The translations under genes and the position numbers were made by a program. A stretch of DNA of 56,666 bases, filler included, from Sphacelaria rigidula (Eukaryota), in assembly GCA_964200075.2 (NCBI GenBank). It is 5 parts of 5 records of this genome, joined end to end, with 100 filler letters (N's around TTAATTAATTAA, not from the genome) between each part and the next. Parts side by side here need not be neighbours in the genome. Positions count along the whole stretch, not along the records: positions 1 to 11,254 come from CAXNAA020005160.1; positions 11,355 to 22,608 come from CAXNAA020005161.1; 3 more parts are not named here. One strand, given 5' to 3'. Below are positions 1-11,511 of the stretch, in pieces. Within the stretch, counting starts at the first letter, position 1; the number at the start of each line of letters is the position of its first letter. The notes under the pieces were generated by a model. The model ran no database searches. It was not told where the DNA came from and saw nothing but the letters and a program-made list of their open reading frames with translations.

Positions 1-96
1 GTTAGGAGCCCCTGAACTAGACGTAATTTCGCGAAAAAAGTGCACCCCTACCGTAGCATTGCTCTCAACAGCAAATTAAGAAACTACACATCAAAT

Positions 97-535
97 AACA
101 CCCGATCGTCCATTTTGAGGATGGAGTTTCCATTGAGGATGAAAACCCAGAGAATTAAAATCTTCGCATCCACACCAATTCTTCGATATATGGTTCCATT
201 CCTTCATCTGATGGTAGCTATTGACAACTGTTACGCGCTGTACAAAATTGAATTCCGATTACGGAAACTTAGGGGTCCTTGGTGAAAAACAAATGTTTGG
301 TATTTACGTGTTCCGGTCGGATCATCTAAGTGCCCAAGGATTGTTTTTCACCTGGGACCCCAACAATTCGGTCATCGGAATCCAATTTTTTATCGCGTGT
401 AGTATGTATCAATAACAACTAGCAGATAAAGGAATGGAACCATATTTCCAAGAATTGGCGTGGACGCCAAGACTTCATTTTTTCGGGTTTTGATCCCCAA
501 TGGAAGGTCCGTCCTCAATTTCGATGATCGGCTGT
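97..535. repeat. Imperfect long inverted repeat (foldback, MITE-like), centre ~316
   Basis: CCAATTCTTCGATATATGGTTCCATTCCTTCATCTG (~175-210) matches the reverse complement of CAGATAAAGGAATGGAACCATATTTCCAAGAATTGG (~423-458). Pairing continues to a tiny central loop. ORFs 40..285(+) and 390..683(-) give similar peptides for this reason. Confidence 0.85.
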
Positions 536-1098
536 TGAATGGAGAAGAAAAACATACTATGAGGATGCAGAACAACTGCTTGATATTGGCGCGAACGGTG
601 AACGATAAAATGAACGAACAACGAAAAGGAGAGATGGGTGGTGCATGTACGGGGGAGAGATACGATGTCAATATTTTCCCCAAGGCTGAGGTTGCCAGCT
701 GGTGTCATTCATCTGTGGGACTCTGAGCCTGAGTGGACGAAATCCCAGTGTATAGTGGATGCGAGTCGAAGAGGCGGCCGACAGTATCATACGACATTGT
801 GAGCTCATAACGCCCCGTCCTCGCCATCTTGCTCGCTCGCTCGTTCGCTCCCCCTCTCGTCTGTTACTTCATGACTTCCCTGTCACGAGTTTCGCTGAAC
901 ATACACGGTGGCTGCTGTGTTTTTGTTCGTCTCCAGTTCGGGCGTCTGGATATTTCTTCGTCTTCGCCCCCGTACCGTGCGTTTCCATATACCCATATGT
1001 GTCTTGCTCCGTTTTTTTCTCGTGTGTGTGTCTCTCTCCTTGCCCGTGTGTTCGTCATGGCGGTGTGCGAATCGCATGTGGTGATGGCGATGCTGCAG

Positions 1099-1180
1099 GA
1101 TTTGGAAAGGGGCCATATTTGATGGCTGGAAGGCGCGCTCGTAAGTACCTGACCTACTGGACGACGACATTGCTGGCAAG
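1099..1180 (+). pseudogene. ADH5: Class III alcohol dehydrogenase (GSNOR) pseudogene, penultimate exon
   Basis: CAG acceptor at 1096-1098 and GT donor at 1181. Reads IWKGAIFDGWKARS*VPDLLDDDIAGK versus the family motif VWKGTAFGGWKSRSQVP. In-frame TAA at 1142-1144. Confidence 0.8.
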
Positions 1181-2026
1181 GTAGAAATGGAAAAGATCAG
1201 CAGAACTTCCCCCTTTTACCCCCGGCTGAGTATCGGTTTGCTGTTGTTATTTTTTCATTTTTCAATTATTGGATTTTTTGGAAAAAGTCGCACGTCGCGT
1301 GGCACCTGAGCATGCCATAAAAATATGTTGGGAAAAAAGTGTTCGATTTTTCTATGTTTTCGCTACCCCCCTCTCCCCCTCCCTCTTGCTCATCTGAACG
1401 AGAGAAACGGAAGAAACTTTGGTTTGTTTCCATACAATGGCCTTCGAGACCCCAAACATCGCGGCGTAGGCGTTGTATGCATCATGTTCTAGGTTAAAGC
1501 CGTCGAGCTACGGTCTGTGGGGCCAGCTGTAAACACTGAGTGGGTGCTTCCTTAGTTGCACTGGTCGAAGCGGGAGCACGGGGTTGTGGAGTTCTTCACC
1601 ACTACGTCACTTTGTTCGGGCCCTGGTTTGTCGATATTTCATTTGCTTTGATTTCTTGCCGGTTCGTGAAAATGAAGGGAAGGTAACTGTGCGTGGCAGG
1701 CCGCTGCCCCGTTTCATTTCGACCTAGGCGCGAACTGATAGAGGAGACTCACACCAATCGTGGAGCACGAAACGTTTGACGGTGTCTCGACATCATGCTA
1801 TCTATGTAGCTCATACGTCACTCTAGCGTGTCATCGGAGGAGTGCGGTGTTGCGTTGTTCGGTAATTAACCCCAAAGTCGTTTTCAATTTTTGCTTCTTC
1901 GTCTTTCCTGAACGAAAGGGCCGAGTTGTGTTTGTTTTCTTCTGTAACCCCCTTCTCCCATCTCGCTTTGCGCCTGCTCCCCCGCCTGCTCGTTTGTTGC
2001 TCGTACTGTGTGTCCGTATGGTGCAG

Positions 2027-2137
2027 TGGCCGGTCGATCATTACATCACCCACAGGTTCACAGGCGTGGACAAGACGAACGAGACCATCGAGGCACTCCA
2101 CGAGGGCAACTGCTTGCGCACGGCGGTGTCGCACCAA
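2027..2137 (+). pseudogene. ADH5: Class III alcohol dehydrogenase (GSNOR) pseudogene, last exon
   Basis: GTGCAG acceptor, phase-0 join to the previous exon. Reads WPVDHYITHRFTGVDKTNETIEALHEGNCLRTAVSHQ, the ADH3 C-terminus. The expected stop appears to be lost (CAC CAA). Confidence 0.8.
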
Positions 2138-2264
2138 GAGAAGGCACAGCGATCGTGGTGCTGCGTTCTGCATTTTCGTACAATTGCAAACATGCATCCC
2201 CTACCTTCATAGGATAAGGGTTGACTACGACATTAGCGAAACGAACTAAGCCCCCACCCCCATC

Positions 2265-2372
2265 AGACGAGCCTGGTCCGGCGAAAACCCGGCGTGCTCC
2301 GTCTCGCCTGCTTGGGGATGCGAGGTCAATGGTTATGTGACTACGACATGCAAGATCATGAGTACACCCCCT
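2265..2372 (+). mobile_element. 3' tail of LINE-related repeat (family B, ends ATCATGAGTACACCCC)
   Basis: Homologous to 17330-17437 and 32870-32980 (CCGGCGTGCTCCGTC...GATGCGAGGTCAATGG...GATCATGAGTAC). Confidence 0.7.
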
Positions 2373-3665
2373 CCTTATTCCCGGCGGCACCGTTGAACAC
2401 AGAACGTGCTGTACACGCATGGTATTAGCCTAAACAAAGAAATTGTGGTCAAGCAACCTTTGTACTCAGCGCCTGTGTGTTACGCGCACAGCGTGTTTGT
2501 GCACTTCTCTGTATATCGTAACTGTGTTTCCCATTGATTGTTCAAGAGAGGAAGGGAAATCGTCACGAGATCGGGGGAGAAGGGTTGTGTGCTTCTCGCT
2601 CTGTCCTCGTGGTAATGTCTGTTCTTTTGCCTCGGTTCTTTTGCCTCCGTTTTTTCCTCTTTTTTTCGAGTTCAAATCGCTTCGAGTGGCGATAACCAGT
2701 TTCATACTCGGTGCTCTCTTTATTCTTGGCGGTGGCAGCGGGGCGCGAACGGTTCTGTATCTAGCTTAGAACGTATTTTCCCCATGTGTCAAAAACCTCT
2801 TAGCGCCGCGCGTCGTTTCGGTACAATTCTCACTGACGATTCCGCGGAACACTTTGTTCGAAAGGGGGTGCTATTTGGCATAATGTGATGTTGGCAGCAT
2901 ACTGACATCAATATGTAAATTTACAGAAATATCGGTTATTTGCTACGAGTATCGGGGTTGGACAAGGAGAACCTTGGTGCCCAAGTCGAAGTAGAGCAAA
3001 ATTTCATGACGTACGTCCTGCGTCGCTTTTGCCCCAGCCTCCGCTGCTCAGGATAGTGCAGCCGCGGACTTGTGCGCGTGCATTGGGTCGCGGCGATTGT
3101 AGGGAAGTGTCGAAATGTTGCCACGAGATGATCGATACACGCATGTACGATGGTTGCGCTCGTAGCATCGTGTGCTGGCTTATGGGCGGGCTGGTGTTTT
3201 GAGTATCTCCACCGCGGGTTGCTGCAGGGCGTAGTCGTGCACGGACGGCTACATTTCTTGTCATGCGTATTTTTCTTCTTGCATGTTATTTTCCACCGGT
3301 TAACACTGAGTGCCACGAACAACTCTTGCGTGCGTGTGTATTCTCACGGCGTTTAACTCACTGTCCTGGTTTCTGACATGTATGTATGTTCTCGGTGGAA
3401 AAGGTCATTCCGTGGCCTGGCAAAATGTTGACTTCTGAAAGGCAGCGTCTCGGTATTCATGAAGGAAAATTCACGGTTTGAAATAGCTTCTGATCCTGTA
3501 TTTTTATTTCTTGTCCCGGTAAGACACGGCCTACACATACAGAGCAACACTTCTTGTTTGCCATACCTTTGAACCCCACACCCCGTAGTACGATTTTGTG
3601 TAGTCTCAACTGCTTAATCCGTCCCTTTGCACCTCCATGTGTCCACCCAACGACGACAACATTCT

Positions 3666-3666
<1 letters not shown>

Positions 3667-3709
<43 letters not shown>

Positions 3710-3948
3710 GCTGCTGCTGCTGCTGCTGTGTTTTTGTTCGTTTCAGGCGCCCGGCTCCCTTCTGCGGTGCCTGCCCTTATTTTTTATCGCGAGAGGGGTC
3801 AGCAGTCCCTTTCCCTCGTCGACCATAGAGTCGCATTTTGTGTACTCGCGACAAAGTCGCTCTCCAAAATCAGATCGCTCCGAGATTCGAACCCACGGCC
3901 CAATCATTAGAAGGCTTCGAGGTAACCGACTGAGCCACCGGGGCGACC
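3667..3948 (-). mobile_element. tRNA-derived SINE with (CAG)n(CAA)n tail
   Basis: Minus-strand head GCCCCGGTGGCTCAGTCGGTTACC...CTTCTAA...GGGTTCGAATCTC has A and B boxes and a TCT anticodon-like loop. It is followed by an unrelated ~140-bp body and a microsatellite tail at 3667-3728. Confidence 0.7.
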
Positions 3949-5799
3949 GGCCATTGCAGTACTTGAAATTGTACAAGATATCACGCCGAAAAAAGCGGCG
4001 GGACTTGTACCGTTTCGCTGGTAACACGGGAGTATGTTTCACGAATGATGGACTACTGAGGAAAGGGATATATGTGAATTGGCGGCGACCTGGCGACGTT
4101 TGACCCATTCGGAGGCAACCGAAGAAGAACCACAGTCCAACGCTTTCCTGCTCGACGCGTCGACTTCACTACAACAGCGAACGTCTTGGTATAGAGAAAG
4201 TTCGAGCCGCGAACGAATACTTGTTTGATAATATCGACATCGACGGGGTACCGAACTCGCGTGACTCGTACGCCGCTCCATGATCAGCGGAGGGGCTGCT
4301 ATATCTCAGCAACAGCGTTTCTCTCGCCTTCCTTTTGGTTGAATACATGCACTGTAGGTGAGGCCAGCGTTTCATGTATGGTACACACGAGAAGGAAACG
4401 GGGGGCGAGAACTTGTTCCGAGCGAGCGCCATGATGGAGGAGGCGGCATGTCGGCCCCACAACCGTCAAGATACTTGATTGGTGAAGCCTACAGATATAG
4501 CTTCGGTTCCCACTTGCTTCCGCGACATGGGTGGACGGCTGTGGTATGGTTCGACTTTCACGTGCACACTGCACTTTACTTTTGCACCATGCACTTGGGT
4601 TCGCTGGGTAGCGCAATCGACAGATTATTCTTGGAAGTGCTATACCTTCGAGGTTTACGCGTGTCCGGTCGGAGCTGATAAAATGTCTGTTGAAAACACT
4701 TGAGTTTGACTACTATACATGAGGTTGGAAGCCACATTCCCTGCCGACCTGGTATCAACTCACTCTACCTCACCCTCATAGCGGTGACAACAAGGAGTGT
4801 TCTTCGAAGACTACTCCTCATAGTAAAAACACGAGGGTTATATGTTGAAATGACCTACTTTAGCCGCGCAGGCGTTTTCGCGTGAACAAGACGGTCAGGC
4901 GGACCGCATCACCTCAGAATAACTGGCTTAATGTGTCCTGAACAATGGTGGTAATTATTTTCCAACTTTCGAAGGTCCTTGCGCATGCTTTCCCCCCGAG
5001 ATTCATGTCAAACTCTGTGCACTGAAAATCGCCAAAGTGCACCGGAATCCTCCTGGTGAAGTGAACCATTTCCGAGGTGACATGGCTCACCTTGCCGCCT
5101 TACATGCGAAAGATGTCGCCGAAGAGCCAACCAGACACTGTTACGACAAAAACATTTCGTTCCCACATCAGCAATCAATCTCGATCCGTCACTTGTAACG
5201 TCTAGTCACCCGTAATATTTCGCCTGCTGTGATTTGGAAGTTGCGCGTTGTCTCACTATTATAAAGGAGAAACTAGCCACGAGACTACTGAGTGCACTGA
5301 CTGAGAGGTCTAGTAGGTAGCTCCTTATATTGAATAATAATATTTTCAGCTCGACAGCTCTCCAGGTGCGACCCGGAGGTGCTACTTTCCCGTCGCCAGC
5401 TACTACCGTAGGCCTGAAGTAGCTAACGCCTTCCTTCCTCAACTGCATATCCGCGAAGAAAGGAAGGGAGGTCTCAGCAAGGGTTCGACTCCGCAGACCA
5501 ACTCCTCAGGCATTCTCATTCGCAGCTTGCCAGTACTTTGCAGTACGGGTATGATGTAACGAAATTGTAGAGTCGTGCAAGTCCCTAGACCCTTACCCCT
5601 TCCGCAGGAAAGCTCCCCCCCCCCCCCCCCCCCCCACCCCACCCCCCCCCNNNNNNNNNNGGATACCAGCTTGCACCCGGGCTTGAGTTCAGGAGTGTGC
5701 TCTTCCGAGCCAACCCCCTACCCCCTCCCCAAGAAAGCGCCCCCCCCCCCCCCCCAGAAGAATAATTCCGAGCCCAGCCGTGCTCACCGACGAATATTT

Positions 5800-7450
5800 C
5801 CAACACGACAACAGCTGGGAGCTGAAGCGTTTCATTTGGTCAGCAGTATTGTCCACGTGCGTTCGAGGTTGTTGCCGCCCGTTTCTCAAACGCACTGCTT
5901 CTGCCTACGCTGGCCGACCACCGTACGATGTATTTCGCTTCGGCCGTGTACCTTTCGCTATAGGTGACAAGGATGAATGTCTCACGGGTCATCAAAGTGT
6001 CCCTCTTTCTTCTGATGGCGAAGGCTGATGCCTGGATTCGGGTAAGGGACCAGACACCCGGGCAGAATCTGTGCTGCGCGTCAATGACGCAGGACGGGCC
6101 GCACCTGGACCCGATATGGTGAGAGACATGGTCGAATACAATCAGAGGGGTGCTGCTTAGAGAAAACCCTAAACTATAACAATGCGTGCTCGCCCGCTTG
6201 TAAGGGTGTGCATTTATTCCCCAACATCGTTTCCATGTGTAGATGGGTGGAATGCATTACTGAAGCGGAGATATAAGCCCAGCTTCCGATCGACAACGAA
6301 GCAACCAACAGTCGGCTGCTGCTCTTGTTGCAGAGCTCTTGGCTTGGCATATCGAACGCCCCTTGCGTGCACAACTCCCGCTGTTCTTCGATCCGCTCTG
6401 CCAACTGTGAAATATTTTGCATGTGAACTCGACCAACACTTCCACCTTGCAACCAACCCCGTGGAGTTTGCTTCGGTCGTGTATATCTCGCACATATCCT
6501 GTTTCTTCGCTCCTCCGTGGTCCACCTTGAACGCCAAATGCCGCGACGAACATAGCTCCGAGAAGGAAGTGCTAGGCTGCCCGATGTTGGGCCTTAAGCT
6601 GGACGCACCAGATTCGACGGCCAAGGCAGGACGTTGCTGGACGAAACCATTTCAGAGCTTGGCGTTCCTTGTGAAGACGTCATTGACAATATTTGTGAAA
6701 TCACGTCAAACCTGGACGGTGGCAGCGGTGGGTCTCGTCGAGGACCGGGGAGAGCTGTGCTGGTGTGCTCCATGGTTACCAGCACTGATTGACCTCGGTC
6801 TACTGTGGTTGGCAATGGTAATTCTGCGGTTTCTCAAGTTTCCATCGCGACTCCGTCCGTGGCGGAGTATGAGGTGGGATACGGATCCGTGTAACGTCAA
6901 TGGACTGAGTTTGACTCAAACGCCGACTCGATATACCTCTGTGTGGTCCGAAGTAGTCATGTATATGTACGTTACACGTCGTGGAGAAATGGAAATGGTG
7001 CCCGAACGGTCGGAAATGGTCGCGGTATTCCTGAGTTCCCCTCGCGGTGTCGTGATGACTGCATCGCTTCGTCTCCCTCTACGCCCAGCGATACCACAGT
7101 TTTGCTTGCTGAATGCCGCGTACCGAAGCGTGCTCCCCCCTTCTTCCGGCAACGCATACTGTACCGTCCCCCTTCTCTCTTCGTTGCACAGCTTGGAAAT
7201 GATCCAATCTTTCGATTTTTTCCTCGCTAATTCTATCGCGATCCTCCCGCGTTTTGTGTACAACGCTTGTTTTGTCCGTTGGCGATGGGTAAACACCTAC
7301 AGCGGCGCGCGTGATGTGCTGGTTGTACGACAAAAGGACGGAACGATGTCATGTAGCGGGTTCGAAGTCTGTTTCGCCAAGGTACGACCTGTGCCATTGT
7401 ATTGTCGTTGTATGTCGAAAGAGAAAGAACACGGTCTACTCGCGTAGGGT
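5800..7450 (-). mobile_element. Possible degenerate LTR retrotransposon gag/protease remnant
   Basis: Fragmented minus-strand frames. The peptide ASLSIGSWAYISASVMHSTHL weakly resembles the protease-adjacent region of algal Gypsy polyproteins. No intact motif. Confidence 0.25.
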
Positions 7451-7592
7451 CGCCCAAACAATTCAAGTACGAGAACGGCACCTGCCGTACTCCTGGATGG
7501 GAAATACAGCGCAATATCGTCACGTATAATGTTACCGCCCCAACACCAATGGTATCGTCCCACTACCGACCTTCCTTCTCTCTCGTGCCTGC

Positions 7593-7626
<34 letters not shown>

Positions 7627-8603
7627 ACCAACACCCCCAACCCCAACAAACCCGCCCCCCCCCCCCCCAACTCCCCAGGCCCCCAACCTCCNNNNNNNNN
7701 NAGGCCAATGTTCGCCCGTATAAAGTTCCCGCCCCAACACCAATGGTATCGGCCCCCCCCCCCCCCTCCTTCCCCCCCCTGCCCGCCCCCCCCCCCCCCC
7801 CCCTCCGCTCCACACGCACACACACATACACACACAGCAATGACAAGCTCGACTGCGTTCACTACACGTCTGAAGGCCTCAAATATCGGGCCCCTCAACA
7901 TGCTAGCGTTTCTCTTGCTGTTGCAACGCTGCAAAGCACTGCGAAACGTGCCAATATTGGAGGCGACAATACCAGTTAGCTCCAACTCTGCTGTGGCAGC
8001 ACAAGTAGCTGCGGAAAAATGGCGCCGTTAGGAAGTGCCGCACTTCTCACCCAATATTCTCGATTGTGCATGGTTGTTGCTGCCGTTATCATCATCGTCG
8101 GGGTGAACTTGCTGGACCACTGCAGCTTTTTTCGAGGAATAATGAGCAGAGGAAGATCGACGTTCGTGTCAACGGTGTCTCCGTTCCTCTGTTGATGATG
8201 GTACGTGTCAGTCTTTTGCGGTGCCTTTTTACTTTGATACCCGTTTGACATCGCTGTGGAAGGAGAAGTACGCAGTCTACCCAACTTGGTATCGGAGTCC
8301 GACTGCCCCACATTTTGAACTAGCCTGTGGAGCGTTTTCGTGTGTCTCTTGGGCTTTTTGCGTACCCTTTGGGCGGGAAGAGTGTATATATGGCTTCATT
8401 TGCGTGTTTGGAACCCCGCCAAGAATGCCGCCCTAGACTGGCCGAAACTGATACGATGAATCTGTTCCTGGAAAATTGCCCCCTGCCTCCCCCCCGTAAT
8501 GGCACCCGACAAACACTGCCCCCGTTACGTATTCAGCATTGATTTTTCTCCAGCCCGTTGACAATCCCGGATATGAGTCAACTCGCTGTCCATCCCCAGT
8601 ACA

Positions 8604-8830
8604 TCATTCAATTATAAACAAGAACCATTTGCGAAATTCACTTAGAGCGTAATATTTTGAACGTGTCCACCCGAGACAGTTGTCGAGATCTATGAGCAGT
8701 GCACATATATTTGAACACACCCGCTCAATGCTGACAACAAGACTAGCGAACAATGACACAAGCCTGGTCGAACCCAGCCATTTCTGTATCACATCCGGCC
8801 GTTTCATGTCGGTTTGTGGGGAAAATGGCC
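8604..8830 (-). mobile_element. Possible hAT dimerisation-domain remnant
   Basis: KRPDVIQKWLGSTRLVSLFASLVVSIERVCS loosely follows the W..AARLV...SSA..ERVFS pattern. Confidence 0.3.
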
Positions 8831-9751
8831 ATTCTCCAGTGTGTGCGTTGGAAGATCACAGCAGAGCAGCAGCACAAGACACAAGCCACAACTGTTCCGA
8901 GATACAAGTTCCCCCCCGAAAATCTTGCGAGGAATAAATATTTGAGGTCGATCATTGTTCACATTTACAATTCACGTGTACCTGGATGTTTTAGATTAAA
9001 ACCATGGCGGTACAGCCTAATAGTTGACATACGTTTGCCCCCGATATCCGGAGTATTTTCTTTCAGTTTTTTCTCAAACGGTTTCACTAGTTGAGGCGTG
9101 AAAAATTACACACACATGTGGACCCACAATATGATTGTTGTGACTGTGGCTTATTATTGTTTGTTGTCAACTCGATATCGTTATGCACAACCTCGGCAAC
9201 AATCGTGACTGTGGTTGATTTTTTATTCCCCACTCGCAAATCGAGCTGTTTCGACATCAAGGATGAGGAGAGAACCTGTTTCGAAACCACTTGTTCCCGA
9301 CACATCGACTTCAAAGACATGCAAAACAGAGTCGCGAATGTCTTGTTTTTGTTTTTACAATTCATACGTCTCCGAAACATTTACAACACTCTTCGTAAAA
9401 TCGTGGAGAGACAGCTAAAACGATATGACGTGTTTGCCACCGGAATCTGTGTTTGTTTTTCGTTCTTTTCTGCCCCTTTCCCCCCCCCCCCCCCAATTTG
9501 CGATTTCCACGCGAATGTACGCTGAAACAATACCATGGCTGTGCTTACGGCGCAGTTATGGCATTCGACCCTCAACTCAAGGCACGTGGCGTGAAGGAAG
9601 AGAAAATCGTTTCCAAACGAAGAATATCTCAGATGTTGGTAGAGAGGAGGAGCAAGCAAACCCTGAGATCGTACTTTCATCTTGAGCATACGGGTGGGTG
9701 TACCAAGCTGTGATTACGAAAATCGGCCAGGATTTCTTTTCGCCACACAAA

Positions 9752-10048
9752 CCCCTCACCCTTCGTCGGGACGAGTCCGTGGTCTCGAGGGGTCATTCCA
9801 TCTCTCCCCCGGTACACGCCTTACATTTGGTTTCGCGGATTGGATCAGCACTCCGCCACGGTATCGACTCTCGTCGAACAAATTCAGGCGAACAGCCTCA
9901 CTTTTTGCTAATCACGTCCTCTCGCTTTCAATGGCGAGAGTGAGAATTTTCGCAGAAAAATACAAACTGAACGTATGTTGTGGGAATGGAACCCACATCG
10001 TTCCCGACCTGAATGACACCAATTGCATAACACGACCACCCGGGCGAG
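9752..10048 (-). mobile_element. tRNA-headed SINE, family 2
   Basis: Body (TTTGTTCGACGAGAGT...CCAATCCGCGAAACCAAA...GAGACCACGGACTCGTCCCGA) is homologous to 31148-31420(+) and 28020-28160(+). Degenerate B box GGGTTCCATTCCC. Confidence 0.7.
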
Positions 10049-10423
10049 GAAGCCAAACACCAATCATTGATGCATATGCCGAGAATCGAACCAGCGTTCT
10101 TATGACCTAGTCGGCGTCAGTTGTACCAAGCAGACCACATGGGGATGTACTCATGATGACATGAGGGGGGTGGGGTTACTATGGCCGATAATTCCCGGTG
10201 TACGCGATCAACGTCCGCCGGAGCGACGACCCACTCATAATGATTGATGGGATGGTGGCGTATGTTATTTTATGGTACAGTATTGAGACTTTGCAGTAAA
10301 GTGCCACAATCTTGGGAAAGGGGGGGGGTCGTTTCTCCCACGTGCTTGCAGTGTGCACGTCTGTCCTGCTCTCATGTTGTCTATGTCGTATATCACTCTG
10401 CCTGTGCATGTGACGACGAGCAG

Positions 10424-10507
10424 CTGTCGACAGAGGGACACAGCTACTTCGAGCAGGCACGCGAACGGTTCCATGATTACACCACCCAGCTGTCGTCGAC
10501 CCAGTTG
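10424..10507 (+). CDS. Candidate orphan exon of an unidentified gene
   Basis: GAGCAG acceptor, GTGAGT donor, 84 bp, open frame LSTEGHSYFEQARERFHDYTTQLSSTQL. No family recognised. Confidence 0.35.
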
Positions 10508-10900
10508 GTGAGTCGTGTTTACTTCAAATCAAGAAAATGGAAATGCTTGGAGAAAGGTTCTTATTGATATTTTGTCTTGTCCCCATGCTGTGTGTCGACA
10601 AATACAAAGACGTGAATATTCGGTCGGTGGGATGATGTAGTGGAAGTTCAAGTTGCAGTACCGCTGAAACCACGCGTTGACTTTTCGCAGTATATCTGTT
10701 TTAAATGGTAGAATGTTGAATCCAGACGGATAAATGCCGCTTTATTATTATCATTGTCATTGTTGTTATGATTTCGTGATGTTGTCGTTATTACATAATA
10801 TTGTTACGATCATGGTTATCATAATTATAATTCCAATCACTGTTATTGTTCCTGTTACTATCAGCATCACTATTATCGTTATTCTTATTTCTACTACTAT

Positions 10901-11254
10901 TACAAAATCGGCACGAAACCCGTACAGGGCCAATCCCATGGGGCTCCGAAGTGACAGTGGTAGCTACACATACATGGCGGTACAGCCCGATTTTGTGTCA
11001 ACTATAGATCCACGCTCAATAAAAAGTCTTGTGCGAAAATCATGACCAGTACCTAATTTGGAAAGTCATGTAGAAACGGTGGCAGGCGCCAAATTTATCT
11101 CTGTCTTTGATGTACAGAGCGCGTTTTATCAGATCCCAGTAGTGAAGGACGAGAAAGAAAAACGGCCTTTGTCACAGAGAAGGGTAAGTGGGTTTTCAAC
11201 AGGCTGCCCTTCGGCTTGGCGTCCTCCCTCTTCATTCTCTCGCGAATATTGGCT
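10901..11254 (+). mobile_element. Ty3/Gypsy reverse transcriptase fragment (degenerate)
   Basis: Across frameshifts it reads PYRANP..WGS.VTVV..GTARFCVNYRSTLNK..PVPNLESHVETVAGAKFISVFDVQSAFYQIPV..TAFVTEKGKWVFNRLPFGL. Truncated by a gap. Confidence 0.9.
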
Positions 11255-11394
11255 NNNNNNNNNNNNNNNNNNNNNNNNNNNNNNNNNNNNNNNNNNNNTT
11301 AATTAATTAANNNNNNNNNNNNNNNNNNNNNNNNNNNNNNNNNNNNNNNNNNNNCCCCCCCCCCCCCCCCGCGCGTGCCCCCGCCCTCGTGGGA

Positions 11395-11511
11395 ATTAAA
11401 CGAAGGTGGCATGTAATCGTTTGGTGCATTGGACAGTAGCGAGGAAATTATGTCTGTACTAGGAGATAGATGGTGGCCACAGACGGCGAAACAGGACGGG
11501 GATAAGATATG
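11395..11511 (+). mobile_element. LINE 3' region (family A), left part, interrupted by a hAT insertion
   Basis: Encodes FGALDSSEEIMSVLGDRWWPQTAKQDGDKI and resumes at 12922. Confidence 0.8.

Noticed and set aside
3872-3944. Functional tRNA-Arg gene
   Set aside because: Acceptor and anticodon stems pair poorly, and it is followed by a SINE-like body and tail.
4060-5600. Coding-like decayed sequence
   Set aside because: I could not recognise any motif in the frames examined, so it is left unannotated.
6182-7447. 421-aa plus-strand ORF
   Set aside because: No recognisable protein features; more likely a shadow of a decayed minus-strand element.
7515-7810. Duplicated CCGCCCCAACACCAATGGTATCG and proline-rich ORFs around an N-gap (similarly 5580-5760)
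   Set aside because: Looks like low-quality overlapping contig ends at poly-C tracts, i.e. an assembly artefact.
11299-11310. TTAATTAATTAA inside N-runs (also 22653, 34006, 45359)
   Set aside because: Artificial all-frame-stop scaffolding linker, not biology. It also makes cross-gap adjacency unreliable.
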